Source: an uncultured Methanoregulaceae archaeon
Lineage (GTDB): Archaea > Halobacteriota > Methanomicrobia > Methanomicrobiales > Methanospirillaceae
NCBI GenBank assembly: GCA_963841015.1
Contig: CAWJAX010000003.1
Coordinates: 64,001-128,000 of the forward strand
DNA: 64,000 nucleotides
Direction of reading: 5' to 3'
Position 1 is the first letter of the stretch; each line of letters begins with the position of its first letter. Below, in pieces: positions 57,010 through 64,000 of this stretch. Below the pieces are notes generated by a model. The model was not told where the DNA came from, made no database searches, and saw only the letters and a list, made by a program, of their open reading frames with translations. Made by a program: the position numbers and the translations under genes.

Positions 57010-57729
57010 TTATGCAGGACCACGCATATTGAGCCTCTGGATGCTTTTAAGAACACCATCAAATGTTGCCACTTCTATAACCGGCATTACCCCGTTTTTC
57101 TTTATAGCCTTCATGACTGGATCAAAATCTATGGTGCCTTCCCCAATGGCGACATGGGAATCTTCTTTACCGTTGTTGTCATGCAGATGGTAATGCCCGG
57201 CAGGTACCTGGAGAAACTCTGCAAGACAGAAATTCAGGTGTGCATGACCCACATCCAGAGCGAATGGAGTGTCCCCAATCAGACGTAGTTCATCAGGAGT
57301 TTTCAAGAAGAAATAATCCCAGTTGCCCATATTTTCGATAAAAAATGGTACGGAATATTCAATTGCAAGGCCGGTGAGATCTGCTATCGAGGTCCCCAGC
57401 TGCCGCTCTGCCTTCGTTCGCTCTTCTGCCCATGCAAAATATCCCGGATGCACGATAACCCTCGCATTTACCTCTGCTGCAATTAAAAAACACTGTTCTA
57501 TCACTTCAACACTTGCCCGTCGTATAGGTTCAAGAAGACTTGCGATATTGGTTCCCCTGCAGGGCGCATGGATGGAAAAATGCGTGGAATAACTCAGGAG
57601 AGGTTCACTGTTTTCCAGATAATGCAGGCCTTCATCCATAATCTCTATATGGTCTGAAATGCCGGAGATTCTGTCAAGTGCGTTCGTAAGTGGTTCCTGG
57701 TGAAGACAGAATGTGGAAATACCGAACAT
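57010..57729 (-). CDS. sugar phosphate isomerase/epimerase (AP endonuclease 2 TIM barrel)
   Basis: SIHAP, IVHPG, IENM, LDVGH, HLHDN.G..D.H and GEGTIDF motifs. Confidence 0.9.
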   Translation of the reverse strand: MFGISTFCLHQEPLTNALDRISGISDHIEIMDEGLHYLENSEPLLSYSTHFSIHAPCRGTNIASLLEPIRRASVEVIEQCFLIAAEVNARVIVHPGYFAWAEERTKAERQLGTSIADLTGLAIEYSVPFFIENMGNWDYFFLKTPDELRLIGDTPFALDVGHAHLNFCLAEFLQVPAGHYHLHDNNGKEDSHVAIGEGTIDFDPVMKAIKKNGVMPVIEVATFDGVLKSIQRLNMRGPA

Positions 57730-58059
57730 GAAAGAGTGATTTACCTGAAAGCATTTTAAATGTGTACGATACCATGGACCTGAAACGGTAATTTTGAAAA
57801 TCCGGATTTTTTCCCATACAATGTCTCAATATTTGGGACAGCGATTTCGATATCTTCAGCGTTAATCGATTGGCTGTATCATCCCGATTAATATCGGTTT
57901 CCCTGGTTTTTATCTCGCGCCAAAGAATGATGGAGCGTGCAAAAAGAGTAACCAGAATACCAAAAAAAAAGTTACTATGATGAAAAAGTAACATTTACAA
58001 ATTCCAGCATTCCTACCCGTACTCTTATTTCATTTCCCAGTAAATACTTTTAAGATTGC

Positions 58060-59103
58060 ATGACAACGGGACAGGAAATAGCAGACACACTTCACGAACT
58101 GGTTGATCGGGATTTTACCTTTATGCATATCTGCGGCACCCACGAGGCCGCGATAGCCCGGACCGGATTGCGCAGTCTTCTTCCAGAACGCTTGAAGATT
58201 GTCATGGGTCCTGGGTGCCCGGTCTGTATCACTCCCCAAGGTGAAATCGATGCAGCATTATCGCTCGTTGAAAAGGATTACATCATTGCAACGTACGGTG
58301 ACCTGCTCCGTGTCCCGGGATCAAAAGGGTCGCTGGAATCGAGCGGTGGCGATGTCCGGGTTGTACAGGGTGTCCATAAGGCTGTTGAGATCGCACAAAA
58401 GACAAAAAAAGAAGTGGTTTTCATTTCCGTTGGTTTTGAAACCACTGCGCCAACAGTCGCTGCAACCATTCTCTCCCGACCACCCGGGAATTTTTCCATC
58501 CTTTCCTGCCATCGGATTGTTCCCCCGGCGATGAAATGGCTGCTCGAACAGGGAGAAGCGAAGCTGAATGGTTTTATGCTTCCGGGCCATGTCTGCACAA
58601 TAATGGGATACGAAGACTATGAACAGTTCCCCGTCCCGCAGGTTGTTGCGGGTTTTGAACCTGAGGATATCCTGCTTGGTCTGCTTATGCTGGTCCGGCA
58701 GGTCCGCGAGGGGACTCACCGGGTTGACAATGCATACCCGCGGGCAGTCAGTCGTGAAGGCAACCTGAAGGCAAAAAAGATCATGTATGAGGTCTTTGAA
58801 CTCTCGGATGTTGAATGGCGTGGGTTTCCGGTAATTCCAGGTTCAGGATTACGGCTGAAAAAGGAATTTGAACAGTATGATGCACAGAAAAAATTCGGTA
58901 TCGTGTTCAGGCATATCAGCAAACATTCTGCCTGTATCTGTGATAAAATCCTACGGGGGATCGCCCAACCTTCTGACTGTAAACTTTTTTCAAAAGTCTG
59001 CCATCCCCGGACACCCGTCGGACCCTGCATGGTCAGCCATGAAGGTGCCTGTAAAATATGGCATATGTACCAGACGAAAAAACCTGAAACCATATTCGAA
59101 TAA
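58060..59103 (+). CDS. hypD: hydrogenase maturation protein HypD
   Basis: MHICGTHE, GPGCPVC, GFETTAP, PGHV and PVGPCMVS.EGAC motifs. Confidence 0.97.
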   Translation: MTTGQEIADTLHELVDRDFTFMHICGTHEAAIARTGLRSLLPERLKIVMGPGCPVCITPQGEIDAALSLVEKDYIIATYGDLLRVPGSKGSLESSGGDVRVVQGVHKAVEIAQKTKKEVVFISVGFETTAPTVAATILSRPPGNFSILSCHRIVPPAMKWLLEQGEAKLNGFMLPGHVCTIMGYEDYEQFPVPQVVAGFEPEDILLGLLMLVRQVREGTHRVDNAYPRAVSREGNLKAKKIMYEVFELSDVEWRGFPVIPGSGLRLKKEFEQYDAQKKFGIVFRHISKHSACICDKILRGIAQPSDCKLFSKVCHPRTPVGPCMVSHEGACKIWHMYQTKKPETIFE

Positions 59104-59262
59104 ATCCAAGGATGGTGCACCAGGATAGCGGACTGGTCCTCAGGTCAATGGGATAATCGACTCATAGTATTTTGGGAAAACTATTTCATTTAATTATCAG
59201 GTTCTATGAACTAGATACAAAGATCTCTTAAATATTTAATATTGAACGACAAATGGTAAATC

Positions 59263-59424
59263 ATGGCTGCAAAATCGTGCGACACCTGTGATAAAGAAGG
59301 TGTTGGCGGTATCATCTATGGCAACTGTCAACAATTCCTTGCCCGGCGCAGGGAAATTAATCGCCTTGATGTTTGCCTTGAATCTTTTTTCTCATTAAGC
59401 GGGTCTTCTGTAATGCCCGAGTAA
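59263..59424 (+). CDS. small Cys-containing ORF (53 aa)
   Basis: MAAKSCDTCDKEG..GNCQQFL..DVC; TATA-like element ~30 bp upstream. Confidence 0.4.
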   Translation: MAAKSCDTCDKEGVGGIIYGNCQQFLARRREINRLDVCLESFFSLSGSSVMPE

Positions 59425-59932
59425 GTTTGGCTTCCTTATCTGCGGAATAAAGTAATCACAGGAAAATCTGATTTCAAGATCGATATGGATATCTTCAGGA
59501 TGACCAGCACTCTTCTATAAAGAAATCCCATAATTCTTCCCTATTTTATCAAAATACTCACATTTATCCCCATCTTTTTAAAGGGCTTCCAATGGTGTTG
59601 CAAGACACGATCCCGACTTAAATAGGCTAATGCAGGTGCCAGATGAAAACAAGCTCATGTTTTGGGGTTTAATTTAAAGCGATAATATCGATTATTTTGC
59701 CAATCTGGTGCATTTTCAGGTTTATTTCTGGAGGTAAAAAATCGGGGCGTTTTGCGGGCGTTTTCGGAACCGGATTCCGGGAAACGGGGGTTGATATGGC
59801 CCCGGATTAGGGACGGGGAGAGTATGAAAACTGAAGTCACAAATATAAGATGGAATTTGAAGAGAACGTGTCCTCTCGTTTCTATCCTTGCATTTATATG
59901 GGAGGGAAAGAGAATAAGTAAGGTAAAAGTCT

Positions 59933-60004
59933 GCCTCGGTAGGGTAGTGGACATCCTAGAAGCCTCCGGAGCTTTTGACCCGGGTTCAAATCCCGGCCGA
60001 GGCG
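59933..60004 (+). tRNA. tRNA-Arg(CCG)
   Basis: Acceptor GCCTCGG/CCGAGGC, anticodon arm GAAGC-CTCCGGA-GCTTT, T arm CCGGG-TTCAAAT-CCCGG. Confidence 0.95.
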
Positions 60005-60061
60005 CTTGTTTTTCTGAATTTTAAAAAGGTTCTTTGAGATCAGGTTCTTTCTTGTTATTGT

Positions 60062-60702
60062 TCAGATGACCTGGTTCATGAAAAGCACAATGTATCCACA
60101 GGATGCCAAGCCCATCGCCAGCAACACCCCATAATCCCTGGATCTGATGGTGGATTCCCGCACATGCGTCCTTTTCCCGGTACGGTATCCCCGCATATCT
60201 ATCGTCAGTCCCAGGACGGTCGAGCGGAGCAGGGCGTTTGATACCAAGGGGATTACGATGGGAGCAACACTCCTGATCTTCCCGATAAAGCCGGTCCCCG
60301 GGTTGTAGCCACGGGCCAGCTGCGGTTCATGGATCCGGCTCCCTTCAATCTGCAACGTTGGTATGAAACGGAGTGCGATGATGAACATGAGGATATAATC
60401 CATCGGCATTCTTATCTTTTCGAGCGTGTGCACCAGGTCCCGGGGCTGGGTGGAGAGCAGGAACATCTGGAAGGCAAAGATCAGGATCATGAAGCGGAAC
60501 GTAAGGATGAGCCCGATCTCAATTGCTCCCTGGGTTGTGGAACAAGGTAACCAACGACTGCTCCGTTTGGCATCGTGATGAGCGTGATAATAATGAACAG
60601 TACGCTCATCACAAGGATAAGCTTCGACTGCTGCAGCACTTCATGATGCAGCCGGCTAATCCAGGCGATAGTGAGAAGCGCGATAGTTCCCTTCTGATTC
60701 AA
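60062..60702 (-). pseudogene. ecfT: 5'-truncated, frameshifted ECF transporter transmembrane T component
   Basis: ALRFIPTL, QLARG and DMRGY conserved XRX motifs; N-terminal half is broken or missing. Confidence 0.7.
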
Positions 60703-60791
60703 TAACGTCCAGGTACACCCTCTCTCTTTAGCACTTTCGCACCGCTCAGACCTGAGCCTTATCCATGTCAGAGTGGGAGATATCCGGTGCT

Positions 60792-61301
60792 ATGTTGATC
60801 GAACTCCGTAAGGGGATGACGCTCCATCCAGGCACCTTTAACGCGGTGATCGCACCCGGGAAGGTGCTGGTCTCCGCACTCAACAACAACACGGATCTCC
60901 AGCGTTTCCTCTTCCTGTACGTGAGCGGTAATTACTCACAACTCCTCTCTTCGATCAGCCGGTCATCCAAAAATTTTGAGGTCCGCAGGGCATTCACTGC
61001 TCACCAGCTCTTCACCATACTGAAAAAGGCGAGCCACACGGTCGTCCTCCTTGAGCACGATCCGACACTTTTTGACGGAGCAGAGAATATGCTGCCGCAG
61101 ATCGCGGGAATGCTCAAAGAAGTTGGTCGTGAATCGCTCGTGATCCTGTATACCCCCTCCATCGACCGCTCGTTCTCTGTACTGATGCGGCAAGCCGACC
61201 ACATCATCGAGATCGCACCTGCTGATGAGAGTATCAGATTCCGTTCATCTCGTAATAGCGGGGTTCTCCCGTATGCGCAGCAGACCCTGGAGGTATCGTA
61301 A
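60792..61301 (+). CDS. inactivated RecA/RadA-like P-loop protein associated with PolB2
   Basis: FEVRRAFTAHQL motif; no Walker A; C-terminal QQTL; ATG 60792 follows GGTG (alternative start 60765). Confidence 0.75.
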   Translation: MLIELRKGMTLHPGTFNAVIAPGKVLVSALNNNTDLQRFLFLYVSGNYSQLLSSISRSSKNFEVRRAFTAHQLFTILKKASHTVVLLEHDPTLFDGAENMLPQIAGMLKEVGRESLVILYTPSIDRSFSVLMRQADHIIEIAPADESIRFRSSRNSGVLPYAQQTLEVS

Positions 61302-61555
61302 TGGGAAGAAGTTTTGGGAGTGTCCGGCAAGGGGTGAAAAACATTGCAGACCGCTGGGCCCGGTCATCACGGGCACTTAAAAAGGAGGATCAGCAGTACG
61401 GTGAGAGACTGGTGGAACTGGCAAAGAAACATTCGAGCGAAGCGTTCATTGCCTGCGATGATCCGCTCGAAGCTGCGGTCTTCTCGGCACTCGTTGAGAC
61501 CCTCAAGCGCCAGGACCAGATCGAATCGCTCCTGAGGGAAGATGTGGATCATTGA
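61301..61555 (+). CDS. small helical PolB2-associated protein (arCOG07300-like)
   Basis: MGRSF.SVR...W....RAL..EDQ pattern; overlaps both neighbours. Confidence 0.75.
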   Translation: MGRSFGSVRQGVKNIADRWARSSRALKKEDQQYGERLVELAKKHSSEAFIACDDPLEAAVFSALVETLKRQDQIESLLREDVDH

Positions 61556-63536
61556 CTCGGCGTACCGGAATGGAGGAATTGATCTCTGGACAAAGGAGGG
61601 GTCAGTAACAAAAGTCCATCATGATTACCATCCCCCCTTCCTCATCCACTTCCACGACCCGCCCGCTCATCATGAGATGATCGATACCCTTGAAGAGCGC
61701 TATGGTGCAGAGGAGTGCATTATCCATACCCTCTTTGGGGATCTCCCGGGCTACTCCGTCTGTGCAGGCCGTGATGTTGCCGAAACAATCGAAAAACAGG
61801 CTGCATTTGATGTGCAGCTCTTCAATGTTGATGTGCGCCGGGACCAGCGCTTCATGGCGGAGAAGGGGATCTTTCCCTGCAGTGCAGGCAATGATTCAAG
61901 ATTTTCTCCGGAATTCTTGCACAATCTGAAAAGTGTGAAGATCACCATCCACGACAATCCTGCACTTTCCACACTCTTGTCTGATGTTGAAGTGATTCAC
62001 GAATGCACCGAGAGGCTGACCGGCCGGACAAAGAACGTGCTTGCAGATCTCTTTGTCCTCGTAAGGTCGATTGACCCGGATGTAATTCTCATGCCGGATG
62101 CCGATACGTGGATGCCCAGGATTCAGAAGGAAGCACAAAAACACGGAATTGCTATGCCCTTCTCACGAAACGGGAAGTACCGGCAGATGGACGCCCGTTC
62201 GTACTGGAGTTACGGAAGAATGGAGCACAAGGAATCCGCTCTCATTCCTGATGGGCGTATCCTGATCGACACTGAACAGTCTTTCGTATACCAGGAAGGC
62301 GGGCTTGGGGGGGTGCTCATGGCCGCACGACTCTCAGGACTCCCGCCAAACCTTGCTTCCCGTTTCACACCGGGAACCCTCATCAGCAGTTATGAAGTCT
62401 ATGAAGCAGTGAAGCAGGGCATTGCAGTACCGTTCCGGAAGAGCGACCCGGAGATGATCCGGCATGTCTCCCATCTTCAGGCTGCGGACCGGGGCGGGAT
62501 GATGTTCCAGCCGGCACCCGGCATCTACGAAAACGTGGAGGAGATTGATTTCACCTCCCTGTATCCTTCGATTATCGTGCAGTCAAACCTGTCACCCGAG
62601 ACGATCGGGCACCCGGAACGGGCCGGGTTCCTACCCGCAGCGCTGAAACCTCTTCTTGATCTGCGTATCACTACCAAACATTTGAAGAAAACGGATTCCC
62701 GTCTCACTGGTATCGATTCAATCCTGAAGTGGATGCTGGTCACCTGCTTTGGGTATACGGGCTACAAGAACGCGAAGTTCGGGAGGATCGAAGTGCATGA
62801 AGGAATCACGGGGCGGTCCAGAGATATCCTGATTCGCACGAAAGATATTGCAGAAGAAATGGGTTTTACGGTGCTGCACGGGATTGTGGACTGCCTCTGG
62901 GTACAGGGATCTCCAATCGCTCTGCTGAAACAATCGATCGAGAATGAGATTGGAATTCCCACCGAGATCGAACACTTCAACTGGATTGTTTTCCAGCCAA
63001 TGAATGACGGGTCTGGCGCATACAACCGGTATTTTGGCAGGCTGTCCGATGGAAGCGTGAAGGTCAGGGGGATCGCGGCACGGCAACACGATACCCCGGA
63101 GTTCGTCCGCTCGATGCAGAGCCAGATGCTTGAGGTCATGGCGGGTGCCGCAAGCATCGCAGAGCTCGAAGATAAGAAAGAAGAGATCAGGAATATTTTC
63201 CGCAGGACCGTAACGTGTCTTCCCTCAGCAGATCCGAAGGCGATGGTGATCAACCGCCGGATAAGCCGGCTCAGCTATGCTCACCGGTGCATTGAAGGTG
63301 CGGCAGTCCTTGCATACCGGAAGCAGGGGATAGGGATTGCACCGGGCATGAAGATCCGGTATGTAGTGACTGATGCCCGGAGATACCAGGTTGAGACCGA
63401 ATGGAACGCTGCTTATTTTGATCTTCCCTATTACCGTAACCTGCTGGAAAAGGCATGGGATGAAATTGCGTTTGCATTTCGCATATTTCCTCAGGAGAAT
63501 CAGGCAAAAAAGCAGGAATTGTTCAATGCTTTGTAA
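61542..63536 (+). CDS. family B DNA polymerase, PolB2/Dpo2-like
   Basis: DRGG, IDFTSLYPSII, LKW.LVTCFGYTGY.NAKFG, HGIVDCL and KVRGI motifs; degenerate exonuclease region. Confidence 0.9.
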   Translation: MWIIDSAYRNGGIDLWTKEGSVTKVHHDYHPPFLIHFHDPPAHHEMIDTLEERYGAEECIIHTLFGDLPGYSVCAGRDVAETIEKQAAFDVQLFNVDVRRDQRFMAEKGIFPCSAGNDSRFSPEFLHNLKSVKITIHDNPALSTLLSDVEVIHECTERLTGRTKNVLADLFVLVRSIDPDVILMPDADTWMPRIQKEAQKHGIAMPFSRNGKYRQMDARSYWSYGRMEHKESALIPDGRILIDTEQSFVYQEGGLGGVLMAARLSGLPPNLASRFTPGTLISSYEVYEAVKQGIAVPFRKSDPEMIRHVSHLQAADRGGMMFQPAPGIYENVEEIDFTSLYPSIIVQSNLSPETIGHPERAGFLPAALKPLLDLRITTKHLKKTDSRLTGIDSILKWMLVTCFGYTGYKNAKFGRIEVHEGITGRSRDILIRTKDIAEEMGFTVLHGIVDCLWVQGSPIALLKQSIENEIGIPTEIEHFNWIVFQPMNDGSGAYNRYFGRLSDGSVKVRGIAARQHDTPEFVRSMQSQMLEVMAGAASIAELEDKKEEIRNIFRRTVTCLPSADPKAMVINRRISRLSYAHRCIEGAAVLAYRKQGIGIAPGMKIRYVVTDARRYQVETEWNAAYFDLPYYRNLLEKAWDEIAFAFRIFPQENQAKKQELFNAL

Positions 63537-63602
63537 AGACCCTGTCTGTCAGAAATATTCATTGCCTTGACGCACACTCTCACGTATAAGGACTGATGGT
63601 TG

Positions 63603-64000
63603 TTGTTTACACCGGGAAGCAGTGATATTGATAAAGAAGCATTGGCCCTGCATGCCAAAAATCACGGTAAACTGGAGATCCGCTCAAAGGTTCCGCTGAA
63701 AAATAAACATGATCTCTCACTGGCTTACACACCCGGTGTGGCCGAAGTATGCAGGGAAATTGCAAAGGATAAGTATCTAGCATACAAGTATACGATGAAG
63801 GCGAACACAATTGCTATCGTTACTGACGGTTCTGCGGTTCTCGGGCTTGGCAACATCGGGGGATATGCAGCGATACCTGTCATGGAGGGAAAAGCGATCC
63901 TCTTCAAGGAGTTTGCAGACATCGATGCTTTTCCTATCTGTTTTGAAAATTATGAAACGGATTTTACCGACCAGGTAAAAAATATCGCGCCGGTTTTTGG
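63603..64000 (+). CDS. NAD(P)-dependent malic enzyme (5' part, runs off window)
   Basis: DLSLAYTPGVA, VTDGSAVLGLGNIG and PVMEGKAILFK motifs. Confidence 0.93.
   Translation, partial: MFTPGSSDIDKEALALHAKNHGKLEIRSKVPLKNKHDLSLAYTPGVAEVCREIAKDKYLAYKYTMKANTIAIVTDGSAVLGLGNIGGYAAIPVMEGKAILFKEFADIDAFPICFENYETDFTDQVKNIAPVF

Noticed and set aside
54200-63600. Integrated provirus or ICE at tRNA-Thr or tRNA-Arg
   Set aside because: No integrase, structural genes or duplicated tRNA 3' end were seen in the window

Overview
This is archaeal chromosomal DNA from a hydrogenotrophic methanogen, most consistent with Methanomicrobiales (Methanoregula-like). The assignment is inferred from gene content: split gltB1/B2/B3 plus FrhB-like, class I CCA enzyme plus 2H phosphoesterase, hypD, grpE-dnaK-dnaJ, DUF4013 paralogs and TPR-rich proteins. 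In order, the window holds a metal/redox cluster (cupins, CopA, YHS, ferritin, DUF362), a nitrogen assimilation locus (two amt-glnK pairs, glnA, glutamate synthase subunits), cca/thpR, nrdH-nrdD, a heat-shock-type regulator, purH, grpE-dnaK-dnaJ, trm11, a ~13.8 kb giant TPR gene, an AT-rich islet next to tRNA-Thr, hypD, tRNA-Arg, a PolB2 three-gene cassette and the start of a malic enzyme. Many conserved genes carry single indels, which suggests sequencing or assembly errors rather than real pseudogenes. The most notable observations are: (1) a class III RNR lacking its Zn/glycyl-radical C-terminus; (2) a RecA-like/small protein/PolB2 mutasome-like cassette whose upstream ANTTTC-type motif recurs before a duplicated Cys-rich microprotein; (3) a ~4,600 aa pure TPR solenoid with a 15-TPR super-repeat; (4) a candidate box C/D RNA between purH and grpE; (5) an Amt with a His-to-Glu pore substitution and a hairpin shared by both amt leaders. 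No CRISPR array, rRNA or transposase was seen.
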